DNA of 29,184 nucleotides from Gemmatimonadales bacterium (GTDB lineage Bacteria; Gemmatimonadota; Gemmatimonadetes; Gemmatimonadales; GWC2-71-9). The stretch covers positions 1-29,184 of the forward strand of contig JBFGJG010000051.1 in NCBI GenBank assembly GCA_041577295.1, given 5' to 3'. The position numbers and the translations under genes are program-made. Of this stretch, positions 8,342 to 17,728 are shown in pieces (the first letter of the stretch is position 1; each line of letters begins with the position of its first letter). Below the pieces are notes generated by a model. The model was not told the DNA's origin. It did no database searches and saw only the letters and a program-made list of their open reading frames with translations.

Positions 8342-9100
8342 CTACATTCCGGCTTGGCTCGTCGGCGCCCAGATCGCGTCGTCGTGTGCTTGGAACAGCT
8401 GGTTGATCTGCGCCCACTGGTCCGGATGTTTCTCCGCCATGGTGCTGAGGAGCTTGCCAAAGAAGTCGTCGATGGTGTCCCAGCTCTCGAACATGTAGAG
8501 GACCTTGGAGTTGTGCGGGCCCCCGGTGTTGTGACCGAGTCTCACCCAGCCACCCAGGGTTCCGTCGCTCATCGCTTGCGTGAGCAACGGACCAGCTACG
8601 TCCTTCCACATGCGGTTCCATTCAGCCATGTCCGCAAAGTTGACCAGAAACGTAGACGCGTACATGTAACCGGTCTGCAGATCGTCGGGGACGTTGACCT
8701 CGACAATGTCCCAGATCTCGTCACGGTGCTCCACGACCATCCGGGAGGAGGCGGTCCACTCAGCCGGCGGCACCGCCGCTTGCAGTCGTGACAGGTACTC
8801 ACTCCAAAACTCTCCGAGACTCGCCCAATCGTACGTGCGAGCGACGAAGCGGATGTTGTAGTCACCACCACCCGTCTCGTGTTGCCACTGTCCAAAACCC
8901 TGGATCACCCCCTCCTCTCGCAGCTTCTGCAAAATGGGCACGGCGTAGGTCCAGTACTGCTGATTCCACTTCGAAAGATCCGAGAAGCTGACTCGATAGT
9001 ACGCCTCGTAGACGTGCGCCGGTTGGCGGGCTTCCTGACCGACCAGGACAGGAGCACCGAGTAACATCAGACCGACAACGCCGAGCACGATTCGTTGCAT
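8342..9100 (-). CDS. Secreted hypothetical protein with two internal repeats, paralogue 2
   Basis: Start reassigned to ATG 9100 (MQRIVLGVVG, SD AAGGAGG), giving 252 aa with an ungapped match to 5944..6702. Confidence 0.87.
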   Translation of the reverse strand: MQRIVLGVVGLMLLGAPVLVGQEARQPAHVYEAYYRVSFSDLSKWNQQYWTYAVPILQKLREEGVIQGFGQWQHETGGGDYNIRFVARTYDWASLGEFWSEYLSRLQAAVPPAEWTASSRMVVEHRDEIWDIVEVNVPDDLQTGYMYASTFLVNFADMAEWNRMWKDVAGPLLTQAMSDGTLGGWVRLGHNTGGPHNSKVLYMFESWDTIDDFFGKLLSTMAEKHPDQWAQINQLFQAHDDAIWAPTSQAGM

Positions 9101-9197
9101 GACCGCCTCCTTGAGGAGGACTACAGAAACCTCGGAAAGATCGACAGCGCGAACTTGTCCCCCGTGCACAAAGACTGCAAGAGTGCAGCGCTCTCGC

Positions 9198-10637
9198 CTA
9201 AAACAACACCAAAAACACTCGCGCCTGTGGATTCCTGCGATGCACATTCGGGAAATCCCGGTACACACTGTTCCGCGCCGCGTAAACCAGCTCGGCACCG
9301 ATGCCCGGTCGCCAGCCGCGACCGGGGAGCTGGGCCTTGAGCGTCGTGAAGTGGACGAAGTGATCGCCAGCAGCACCGTTCAGAGAATGGCTCCAGATCA
9401 TGACATACATGAACGACCCAAGTTCATCTCGCCCATGGCGCAGCGACGCAAACGTGCGGATCCCTGCCCCGCTGCCAAAGTCGTAGCTCCGGCCCGTGGC
9501 CTGGGCAAACTCCGAGCTGATGGCCGAGATCACGGCGGCGGTGGGTTGAAATTTCGTGATCAGTGACACGCGGTTCGACAGTTGGTAGCGCGACAGGAAC
9601 GTTAGGCTCACGCTCTGACCGCCGACCTCGTACGACTCGGTGTCGATGTAGTCGTAGTGCTGACTGATCCCAAACAGGTGCTGTTCCTTCTCCGAGTTTT
9701 CGAGCCAGGTGTCAAACAGCCGTCCTTCCACGGAGAGGCGGCCAATGATCCGTGACTTGCGCGTGTTGAGCTGGAGTTGGAGCGAGAACGCATCGAACGC
9801 GTGATCGGTGACGGCAAACTGGTTGCCGTAGCCGAGGTTGAGCTCGAAGAACATGCTCGATCTACCGTCATTCCTCAGGTTGCCATCACCGACGATGCGC
9901 ACCCCGCCGCGACCGGAGAGGGAAACCACGTCCGGGTAGCGATCGTGTTCCGACGGGTTTGAGCCTACACGCGTCATTTCGCCGCGAAAGAGCCGGTTGC
10001 CTCCACCGATAGGGTTCACGAAGAACGCGGCCAGCTCGCGCATGGTCCGTCCCAGACCCGTGGCCGTGTTGTCGAGAATGGCCTTGGACGCGCGGTACAG
10101 CCCCTCGCCCATCACGATCCCGCCGAGGCTGGTGTTCACCCAGTCGTTGACGGCACCGCGGTTGTTCTCGCCAAAGAACTCCCAGATGAAGCTGCCGAAC
10201 CACGCGACCGCCGCCGACTCCCAGAACGTGTACCCGTTGGTGCGTGCCGCGTTGAAGTACACGTTCCCGTGGTACGGATGCATGAACATGTTGGTATTGA
10301 AATTGTTGGGATCCCACTCGAATCCCTCCTCAATATTCCGCTTCCACGCGTCGAACGTGAGCACGGCCGTCGAGTCGTCACCCACATGCCGGTTGAAGTA
10401 CCACGGTACCACCTCGAGAATGCCGAGCTCGAGCACGGTGACGCCAAAGTGCTTGTGGCTGCAACAGAACTCCTGCTGGGCTCGCCGCGGTGGGGCCGGC
10501 GGTAGAAGAGCGATGGAGTCGGCAAGCACGTGGTCGAGCGACGGCACGTACACACCTGCCGTGCGCCACGGTGCTTGCGCCAGGCTTGGCGGCGCAGACG
10601 CGAGCGTCGCTGCAAGGACGAGCTTAAGGATTCGCAC
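9198..10637 (-). CDS. DUF3943-like outer-membrane protein
   Basis: Motifs WKRNIEEGFEWDPNNFNTNMFMHPYHGNVYFNAARTNGY and SFIWEFFGENNRGAVND; beta-strand-rich C-terminus ending in F. Probable GTG start at 10637 gives a signal peptide. Confidence 0.8.
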   Translation of the reverse strand: MRILKLVLAATLASAPPSLAQAPWRTAGVYVPSLDHVLADSIALLPPAPPRRAQQEFCCSHKHFGVTVLELGILEVVPWYFNRHVGDDSTAVLTFDAWKRNIEEGFEWDPNNFNTNMFMHPYHGNVYFNAARTNGYTFWESAAVAWFGSFIWEFFGENNRGAVNDWVNTSLGGIVMGEGLYRASKAILDNTATGLGRTMRELAAFFVNPIGGGNRLFRGEMTRVGSNPSEHDRYPDVVSLSGRGGVRIVGDGNLRNDGRSSMFFELNLGYGNQFAVTDHAFDAFSLQLQLNTRKSRIIGRLSVEGRLFDTWLENSEKEQHLFGISQHYDYIDTESYEVGGQSVSLTFLSRYQLSNRVSLITKFQPTAAVISAISSEFAQATGRSYDFGSGAGIRTFASLRHGRDELGSFMYVMIWSHSLNGAAGDHFVHFTTLKAQLPGRGWRPGIGAELVYAARNSVYRDFPNVHRRNPQARVFLVLF

Positions 10638-11277
10638 GGCCCAAGGGGAGCGCAAAGCTAAACAGAAAGGTGAACAGGCTGTTGCGGGCGGAGCCGCCTG
10701 CCGCGTCGAGCACGGTGGTGAGACCGAGTGCGTAGCGCGCCTCGAAGGCCAGGCGCGAGCCACCGGGGTGAACCCGTCTCAAGGCCACGCCAAGGGGAAT
10801 GCCGAACTCGAAGGTCGTCGCAGTACCACCGAGGGTGGTGTCCGTGCACTCTTCGTATTCGGATTCGCCCTCTGACCTGATGTCGCACCCGCGATTGATC
10901 CCGGCGGCGACGCCGAGATAGGGACTGACGTACCAACCACTGCGGCGAATGGGAATCACCCGATTGAGCGTGACGGGCATCTCGAGATACGTCTGACGAA
11001 AGTCGATCCGATCGAAACCCTCGGGCACGTTGCTCACGCCCTTTTGCGTGAACAGGAACTCACCATCGATCATCCAATCCTGCCACGGTTGCCATTCGAA
11101 GTTGGCACCCACCGCGGCACCAAAGGCTACGTCCGCTCGCTCGATCAACCCGCCGGTCATCGCGGCCACGGTGGCTCCAGCGGTCAGGCCGATGTATGTC
11201 TGCGCGTAGGCATCTGTCGCGCGCACACACCAGAGCGTGAGCGCGCCTGCGAGCAACAGCTTGCCGAGCGGTCTCAT
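10624..11277 (-). CDS. Porin-family outer-membrane beta-barrel protein (OMP_b-brl_2-like)
   Basis: Start ATG 11277 (ATGA overlap with the upstream stop); signal peptide; EFLFTQKG, YLEMPV and EARYALGL motifs. Confidence 0.82.
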   Translation of the reverse strand: MRPLGKLLLAGALTLWCVRATDAYAQTYIGLTAGATVAAMTGGLIERADVAFGAAVGANFEWQPWQDWMIDGEFLFTQKGVSNVPEGFDRIDFRQTYLEMPVTLNRVIPIRRSGWYVSPYLGVAAGINRGCDIRSEGESEYEECTDTTLGGTATTFEFGIPLGVALRRVHPGGSRLAFEARYALGLTTVLDAAGGSARNSLFTFLFSFALPLGRANP

Positions 11278-12038
11278 CGATTGAACACCACGCCAAGGAA
11301 CCATCCTTGCGCCTGGCCACCGTCCCACACGTAGGCTTCGCTCCCCGATTTGCCGTTGTCGTATTGGGTCTCCATATAGCGGTAGCGAAAGGTGAGATCG
11401 ACCGGAGGCGACAGGCGGAAGCCGAGCTCGCCGTCGAGCACCCAGGTGAAGTCCGAGCCGATGCTGAGCCCGCCCACATCAATGAGCATCGAGAACCAAA
11501 ACCGGCGTCCCACCTCGGCGAAGTACCGACTGCCGAATATCGGTTCGGTCCAGGACTCGGTCACGGACTCATCCACAACCGGTGCGGTGAGACGCAGGTC
11601 CTGTTGCTGGCGCACGTGCCGGACACCGCCATAGACTTCGACGGCCTGACGCGAGGAGAAGCTTCCGATCTGTGCGGCCCCGCGGAACTCGAAGGTCGTC
11701 ATGGAGAAGTCGTAGAACCCGCTGAGGCCGCCGGAGCTGCTTGGCAAGAGAGAGTTTGCGAGGGCGGCGCGGCTCAGGTCAACGATCGCCCGCAGTCGCC
11801 ACTTCCCCACCTCGAGCCGCATGGCCCAACTGGCCTCGAGCACCGAGTCCGTGACCGGTACGTCGATGTTAGCCGCGGTATTTGAGCCGTCGATGTTGGA
11901 GAGCCAGAGATACCCACCCACCCGCACGAACCAGTTGGGGTTCCCCCGTTCCTGACCGTACGCCGGCACGGCGGCCGTGGCGAGAAGCGATGCGACCAGG
12001 AGGGCGAGCAAGGTCGTTACCCGGCATCGCTGCGACAT
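11274..12038 (-). CDS. Outer-membrane beta-barrel hypothetical protein
   Basis: 254 aa; signal peptide; GYLWLSNIDG, SWTEPIFGSRY, DVGGLSIGSDFTW and GWFLGVVF amphipathic strands. Confidence 0.8.
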   Translation of the reverse strand: MSQRCRVTTLLALLVASLLATAAVPAYGQERGNPNWFVRVGGYLWLSNIDGSNTAANIDVPVTDSVLEASWAMRLEVGKWRLRAIVDLSRAALANSLLPSSSGGLSGFYDFSMTTFEFRGAAQIGSFSSRQAVEVYGGVRHVRQQQDLRLTAPVVDESVTESWTEPIFGSRYFAEVGRRFWFSMLIDVGGLSIGSDFTWVLDGELGFRLSPPVDLTFRYRYMETQYDNGKSGSEAYVWDGGQAQGWFLGVVFNR

Positions 12039-12086
12039 GGACTACATATGTAGGAAAAGTGGCGCTGGCGCGCCAGATGTCAGATA

Positions 12087-12168
12087 GAGTGCCGAGTGCA
12101 GAGTGTAGCGGAATACTGATAAACTCAATCTGCGATCTGCATTCTGCATTCTGCATTCTGTACTCTGC
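12087..12168 (+). repeat. Heptamer-arm inverted repeat element E6
   Basis: GAGTGCC GAGTGCA GAGTGTA, core TGTAGCGGAATACTGATAAACTC (12104-12126), then AATCTGC GATCTGC ATTCTGC ATTCTGC ATTCTGT ACTCTGC. Lies between divergent genes. Confidence 0.9.
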
Positions 12169-12212
12169 CCTCCCTCGCCCCCCATTGCCCTCCCAGGTAT
12201 CTTCCTGTCCGA

Positions 12213-14366
12213 ATGAACGACGATCCACGTAGCCGTCTCGAATCCCTGCTGGGAGAACGTTATAAAGTCGAGCGTGAGGTCGGGCGCGGGGGGATGGCTA
12301 CCGTCTACCTCGCGCAGGACCTGCGTCATCGCCGTCCGGTGGCCGTGAAGGTACTCCATCCGCACCTGGCCGTGAGCATCGGGCCGGAGCGGTTTCTGCG
12401 CGAGATCCAGATCGCGGCCCGGCTGCAACATCCACACATCGTGCCACTGTACGACTCCGGGCAGGCCGGCGATCTCCTGTATTACGTGATGCCCTACATC
12501 GAGGGTGAATCGCTGCGGCAGCGTCTCAACCGCGAAACGCGTCTGCCGCCGGAAGAGGCTGTGGCAATCGCGCGGGCGGTGGGGTCGGCTTTGGATTACG
12601 CGCACCGCCAAAAAATTGTCCATCGGGATATCAAGCCCGAGAACGTGATGCTCCACGAGGCGACGGCGATGGTGACCGACTTTGGCATTGCCAAAGCGGT
12701 GACGGCGGCTGCTGCCGATAGCCTGACCCAAACCGGGACCGCCGTGGGGACACCGGCGTACATGAGCCCGGAGCAGGCGGGCGGTGAAGCCGAGCTGGAT
12801 GGGCGGAGTGATATCTACTCGCTCGGCATCATGCTGTACGAGATGCTGGCGGGTGAGGCGCCGTTTACCGGGACCACGGTGCAGTCGATCATGGCCAAGC
12901 TGTTTGCGGATCCGGTTCCACCGCTGCGCAACTCGCGTGACGACATCCCGGATTGGCTCGACAGTGCCGTCCAAAAGGCGCTCGCGAAGCGTCCAGACGA
13001 CCGGTACGCGACGGCACCGCAGTTCGTCCAGGCGCTCACGTGGCCCGCGGGATCGACGCCGCCTGGTGTTGCGGCTGGCACCGCACCCAAATCGATCGCC
13101 GTGCTGCCATTCGTCAACATGAGCGCCGATCCCGAAAACGAATACTTCACGGACGGGATCGCCGAGGAGATCATCAACGCGCTCACGAAGATTCAGGCGT
13201 TGCGCGTCGCGTCGCGAACTTCTGCATTTGCATTCAAGGGCAAGAACCTGGATATCCGCAAGGTGGGCGAGCAGCTAAGCGTGGGGACCGTGCTGGAGGG
13301 CAGCGTGCGCAAGGCGGGCAATCGTTTGCGGGTGACGGCGCAGCTGGTCAACGTCGCGGACGGCTATCACCTGTGGTCCGATCGGTACGACCGGCAGCTG
13401 GACGACGTATTTGCCATTCAGGACGAGATTGCCGACAACATCGTCAAGGCGCTGCGGGTGGTGCTCAGCGACGAGGAGCGGCGGGCGATCGAAAAGGCAC
13501 CCACCGAGAACGTCGAGGCGTACGAGTACTATCTCCGCGGCCGCCAGTTCTTTCACCAGTTTCGCCGCACTGGGATTCAGTTTGCACGCCGCATGTTCGA
13601 GCGCGCGATCGAAAGGGATCCCAACTACGCCAAGGCGTACGCCGGTGTGGCTGACTGCTGTGCCTTCCTCTACATGTATTGGGACGGAAGCAAAGCCAAC
13701 CTCGACGGGGCAGATGCGGCGAGTGCCAAAGCGCTGGAGATCGATCCAGATCTCGCCGAGGCGCATGCATCGCGCGGATTCGCGCTGTCGCTCAACCGGC
13801 GGTACGACGAAGCGCGCCAGGAGTTCGAGACAGCCATTCGCCTCAACCCCAAGCTGTATGAGGCGCACTACCTCTATGCGCGCACCTGCGTGCAAGAGAA
13901 CCGGCTGGAGGACGCCGTCGCGCATTACAAAGAGGCCGCCCGTGTTCGGCCGGAAGACTATCAGGCGGTGATGCTGATGTCGGGGCCGCTCCACTCGTTG
14001 GGCCGGCACGACGAGGCAAAACAAGTGCTTCAGCGCGGCTTCGAAGTGGCGGCGAAACACCTCGAACTCAACCCTGACGACGCCCGTGCCCTTTACTTGG
14101 GCGCCAACGCACTGATCCAGCTGGACGAACGGCAGAAAGCGCTCGAGTGGGCCGAGCGCGCCTACGCTATCGATTCGACAGACTCAGGTGTGCTCTACAA
14201 CGTTGCGTGTGTCTATGCGCTCGGTGGGATGACTGACAAGGCGCTCGACTGCCTCGACAAGGCGGTGGAGAACGGCTTTGGACACAGGGAATGGCTGGAA
14301 CACGACTCGGATCTCGATTCGCTACGGGAGCATCCGCGGTTCGAGGCGCTGAGACAGAAGTTGTAG
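12213..14366 (+). CDS. Soluble Ser/Thr protein kinase with TolB-N-like domain and TPR repeats
   Basis: 717 aa. GRGGMATV, VAVK, HRDIKPEN, DFG, GTPAYMSPE; SIAVLPFVNMSADPENEYFTDG; TPRs; C-terminal YNVACVYAL...DSDLDSLREHPRF. No TM segment seen. Confidence 0.95.
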   Translation: MNDDPRSRLESLLGERYKVEREVGRGGMATVYLAQDLRHRRPVAVKVLHPHLAVSIGPERFLREIQIAARLQHPHIVPLYDSGQAGDLLYYVMPYIEGESLRQRLNRETRLPPEEAVAIARAVGSALDYAHRQKIVHRDIKPENVMLHEATAMVTDFGIAKAVTAAAADSLTQTGTAVGTPAYMSPEQAGGEAELDGRSDIYSLGIMLYEMLAGEAPFTGTTVQSIMAKLFADPVPPLRNSRDDIPDWLDSAVQKALAKRPDDRYATAPQFVQALTWPAGSTPPGVAAGTAPKSIAVLPFVNMSADPENEYFTDGIAEEIINALTKIQALRVASRTSAFAFKGKNLDIRKVGEQLSVGTVLEGSVRKAGNRLRVTAQLVNVADGYHLWSDRYDRQLDDVFAIQDEIADNIVKALRVVLSDEERRAIEKAPTENVEAYEYYLRGRQFFHQFRRTGIQFARRMFERAIERDPNYAKAYAGVADCCAFLYMYWDGSKANLDGADAASAKALEIDPDLAEAHASRGFALSLNRRYDEARQEFETAIRLNPKLYEAHYLYARTCVQENRLEDAVAHYKEAARVRPEDYQAVMLMSGPLHSLGRHDEAKQVLQRGFEVAAKHLELNPDDARALYLGANALIQLDERQKALEWAERAYAIDSTDSGVLYNVACVYALGGMTDKALDCLDKAVENGFGHREWLEHDSDLDSLREHPRFEALRQKL

Positions 14367-14447
14367 AGTGCAGAGTGCAGAGTGCAGAGTGCAGAATGAA
14401 TTGATCAGCTGTCCTTTACAAATCTGCGATCTGCAATCTGCACTCTG
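14367..14447 (-). repeat. Heptamer-arm inverted repeat element E7, filling the gap between two convergent stop codons
   Basis: (AGTGCAG)4 arm; minus-strand core TGTAAAGGACAGCTGATCAATTC; AATCTGC GATCTGC AATCTGC ACTCTG arm. Flanked directly by TAG 14364-14366 and TGA 14448-14450. Confidence 0.92.
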
Positions 14448-17400
14448 TCACCTCCCCTCTCCGACCAATCCCGCCAATCTCTCTCTCGCCTCTTGCACCT
14501 GCGGCTGAAACTCAGGGTCCGCGTTCTCCCACAGCTCGATGAACTCATTGTAGAACTGGGCCGCTTTCTCGCGATCGCCGCGGGATTCGTACAGCTCACC
14601 CAACCGCTGGTACGCGGTAGCGAGGTTGGCCTCGATGGACGGGATGCCCTCTTTGTTGGATTGATACGCTTCCCAGTAGTGGAGCGACGAGTCTGCGTTG
14701 CCGGCGGCATCGTGCGCGCGAGCCATCAACAGGTGCCCGCAGCCCTGACACCCCCAACCGTCTATACCCGCCCGGAGTTTGGCGAGTCCACCCTGCACAT
14801 CTCCTGATGCGATTGCGACCCACCCCGCCGCCCGATCGTACGAACGGGCGAAGTTCTGACCCAGCTCCGGCATGCCAGAGGCTTCCATGTCGCGGAGCAG
14901 CGCGCGGGCGCGGTCAAGGTCCACCGCAGCGTAGTATCCGATGAGCGTCTCGTACCAACGATCCGGCACCGGAATGTTGTTCATGACCTCAGGAGAGGCG
15001 ACGCGCTCTAAGCGCTGCCGCCCCGCACCCGGCTGGCCGGACGCACCGTACGTACCGTACCACCACGACACGAGCCGCTGCTCGGCTGCATACCGGGTCC
15101 GTCGCTGTCCATGCGCCGCCAACGCGTCGTTCAGGTACGCCTCCCCTTCCCGGAAACGGCCCTGCATGGCAGCGAGAAATGCAAGCTGCTCGGTGGACTG
15201 CGCCTCCCAGCCGAGGTGTCCGCGTTGTGCGGCACGCAGATCGACAAAGTGTTGCTCCGCTGCGGGAAGGTCTCGCTGTGCCACGGCGAGGAACCCACGC
15301 GCTTCATGAGCGTCTGGATTCCCCGGAAAGCGGGCTTCCATCGCGTCCAGGGTGTTCTCGGCTTCGGCAAACTCTCCGAGCATCTTTTGCTCGTAGGCGA
15401 GGTTGGCAAAGCCAGGCGCCCAGGTCGAATCGTACTGCAACGCGCGCGCATAGAACTCTTTCGCTCGCGCGTCATCTCCCATCTGTGAATAGAGCACACC
15501 AGAGTTGTTGAGCGAACGATGGTCGGTGGGATACCGCTCCAGAATCGTGCGGTACGCGGCGAGTGCCTCTTCCCGTCGACCGGTGACTTCCACGTGGTAC
15601 TGCGCGATCGCATATCCCCGCTCGAGCTCGGTGAGCCTATCGCGTAACTCGTACGCCTTGGAAACCGCCTCCCGTGCCCGTGACCGTTGCTCGAAGTTGT
15701 TGTTGAGGACGGTGCCGATTTTACGATAGGCCATCGCAAACGTGGAGTCCTCGAGCACCGCCTCTTCCAGCAGCGCCACAGCCCGATCGTCATCCCCGGC
15801 GATCTCGGCCTGGGTCGCCTGTGTGTACAGGCGAAGTGCGCGCAACGATCCCGTCGTCACCAGCTCGAGTGGGAGCGTTCGGCGGATCGACCGCAGCGAC
15901 TCCCCCACGCGCTCGCGGAGCTTCGTCGAAAGCTCGTCGACGGCGCGAATCAACCCGCTGGCGTTCCCCGCAGATGCTTGCTGGGCCGTGAGCACCTCAC
16001 CGCTCGCGGAGACGAGTCGTGCCGACACTAGATAGCCATCGCCCAAGGGGACCACCTCGCCCGCCAGGATGGCTTTCATGTTCTCCCGCTCGGCAATCTC
16101 GCGGGCCACCGTTTCCGTGATTGGTGCATCCGATGGCAGCTGCATGCGTGCCCTGCTCTCACCGAGCCGCGCGGGATCCGCCAACCGAATTACAGGAGAT
16201 TCCGTGAGGCTCACGCGAAGCAGCTCAGTGACGGTCGATCCCAACGTCGAGTCCGCGGTGCGGTTTTCGAACTCCGAGAGAATGATCAACTCCCGTTCAC
16301 CGAGGGCGCCTGTAGCCATGAGCGTCGCGGCCGGACCGATCCCCAGCGTCCGCGTGACCATGTATGCGACGGCGACCACCGAGAGTCCGGCGAACGCCAA
16401 TCCACCCCCACCGATGGCCTTGCCCCAGGTGAAGTGCTTCTTGAGGCCGACCGGCGTCGTCGTAGCCATACCAGTTGCGTGCTGCACAGCGCGCCGGCGC
16501 TCCTGGTGGCCGGTCGTGAGGATGATCGGCAGGCCGATGGCGAGCAGCGCGATCGCGCCGGCGAAGACCCAGTCGGGAAGACCGAGCGCGATCATCAACC
16601 CGTAGACCACCATGAGCGTCAGCGCGGCCGCCAATCCGAACAACGCCGCCACGCGCACGGGGTGGTTCTTTGCGATCTCGCGGACGCCTGACGTGACGGG
16701 CGTGGTACCCGTTGGCGTCATGCCACCACTCGGCGTGATCATTCCTTCGAGCGGCGCGATCACCTCTTCGGCCGACTGCCAACGGTCGGCCGCTTTCTTT
16801 TCCAGACAGCGCAGCACGAACGCATTGAGCGCCGGTGGCACGGCACTGCGATGTGTGGTGACCGGGTCGGGCGCTTGCGTGACGTGGGCCGAGAGGATCG
16901 CCTGCGGGTTGCCGCCGGTGAACGGGGGCCTCCCGCAGAGCATCTCGTATGCGAGCGCGCCCAGCGCGTAGATGTCGGCGCGATGATCGACGTTGGGATC
17001 GCCGGCTGCCTGCTCGGGCGCCATGTACGCCGGTGTGCCCAGCGCCATACCGAGGGACGTCAGGCTATTCCCGCCCGTGGAGCTGGTCACCGCCTTGGCG
17101 ACCCCGAAGTCGGTCACCACCGCGTGCTTGCCAGACAGCAATACGTTGTCCGGCTTGATATCGCGGTGGACCACGCCGTGTCCGTGCGCGTAGGAAAGTG
17201 CGTCCGCCACCTCACGGAGGATCCGCACGGCATCGCGCACTGGAAGCTCGCCTTCGCGGCTGAGCTTTACCCGGAGGGACTCCCCTTCAATGAACGGCAT
17301 CACGTAATAGAGGATGTCGCCTGCCGAGCCGGCGGTGAGGAGGGGCACGATGTGCGGATGTTGCAGTGAGGCAGCGAGCTTGATCTCACGCTGGAACCGA

Positions 17401-17573
17401 TCGACGTTGACACCGGCGCCCATCTCCGGTGGCAGCACCTTGATGACCACTTTGCGCCCCAGCTCCACCTCCTCCGCCAGAAACACCCGGCTCATCCCAC
17501 CGCCACCGAGCTCCTGCTCGATCCGGTACGTGTCTCCGACGGCCTGTTGGACGCGATCCTCAAAGGTGGACAA
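14448..17573 (-). CDS. Multi-TM Ser/Thr protein kinase with TolB-N-like domain and TPR region
   Basis: Probable TTG start 17573 (SD GAGGA). GGGGMS, VVIK, HRDIKPDN, DFG, GTPAYMAPE; about 3 hydrophobic helices; EFENRT domain; TPR C-terminus. Confidence 0.93.
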   Translation of the reverse strand: MSTFEDRVQQAVGDTYRIEQELGGGGMSRVFLAEEVELGRKVVIKVLPPEMGAGVNVDRFQREIKLAASLQHPHIVPLLTAGSAGDILYYVMPFIEGESLRVKLSREGELPVRDAVRILREVADALSYAHGHGVVHRDIKPDNVLLSGKHAVVTDFGVAKAVTSSTGGNSLTSLGMALGTPAYMAPEQAAGDPNVDHRADIYALGALAYEMLCGRPPFTGGNPQAILSAHVTQAPDPVTTHRSAVPPALNAFVLRCLEKKAADRWQSAEEVIAPLEGMITPSGGMTPTGTTPVTSGVREIAKNHPVRVAALFGLAAALTLMVVYGLMIALGLPDWVFAGAIALLAIGLPIILTTGHQERRRAVQHATGMATTTPVGLKKHFTWGKAIGGGGLAFAGLSVVAVAYMVTRTLGIGPAATLMATGALGERELIILSEFENRTADSTLGSTVTELLRVSLTESPVIRLADPARLGESRARMQLPSDAPITETVAREIAERENMKAILAGEVVPLGDGYLVSARLVSASGEVLTAQQASAGNASGLIRAVDELSTKLRERVGESLRSIRRTLPLELVTTGSLRALRLYTQATQAEIAGDDDRAVALLEEAVLEDSTFAMAYRKIGTVLNNNFEQRSRAREAVSKAYELRDRLTELERGYAIAQYHVEVTGRREEALAAYRTILERYPTDHRSLNNSGVLYSQMGDDARAKEFYARALQYDSTWAPGFANLAYEQKMLGEFAEAENTLDAMEARFPGNPDAHEARGFLAVAQRDLPAAEQHFVDLRAAQRGHLGWEAQSTEQLAFLAAMQGRFREGEAYLNDALAAHGQRRTRYAAEQRLVSWWYGTYGASGQPGAGRQRLERVASPEVMNNIPVPDRWYETLIGYYAAVDLDRARALLRDMEASGMPELGQNFARSYDRAAGWVAIASGDVQGGLAKLRAGIDGWGCQGCGHLLMARAHDAAGNADSSLHYWEAYQSNKEGIPSIEANLATAYQRLGELYESRGDREKAAQFYNEFIELWENADPEFQPQVQEARERLAGLVGEGR

Positions 17574-17644
17574 ACCAGTAATCCTCGGCGGCTCAGTAGT
17601 GGAACAAGGGACGTTCAAGAATAGAGGGAAGGACGGGTGGAGGG

Positions 17645-17727
17645 AAGATTGCAGAGTGCAGAGCGCAGAGTGCAGACTGAATTGATCAACATTCCTTTAC
17701 ACTCTGCACTCTGCACTCTGCAATCTT
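17645..17727 (-). repeat. Heptamer-arm inverted repeat element E8
   Basis: 30-bp inverted arms with 2 mismatches (left AAGATTGCAGAGTGCAGAGCGCAGAGTGCA; reverse complement of right AAGATTGCAGAGTGCAGAGTGCAGAGTGTA); minus-strand core TGTAAAGGAATGTTGATCAATTC. Ends 1 nt from the stop at 17729. Confidence 0.93.
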
Positions 17728-17728
17728 T

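Noticed and set aside
9101..9376. N-terminal extensions in the ORF track (8342..9376, 9198..10763, 22181..23419, 23200..23748, 25217..26692, 24391..25278)
   Set aside because: They overlap neighbouring genes. Internal starts with SD, stop-start coupling or paralogue match fit better.
14367..14447. Elements as plain intrinsic terminators
   Set aside because: Most lack a U-tract, two lie between divergent genes, and the loop is long and conserved. A terminator side-function is not excluded but is insufficient as an explanation.
17676..17701. Core read as coding relic (GGA ATG YTG ATC AAT = G-M-L-I-N)
   Set aside because: Too short, and indels between copies (GAATG-TGAT versus GAATGCTGAT) break the frame.
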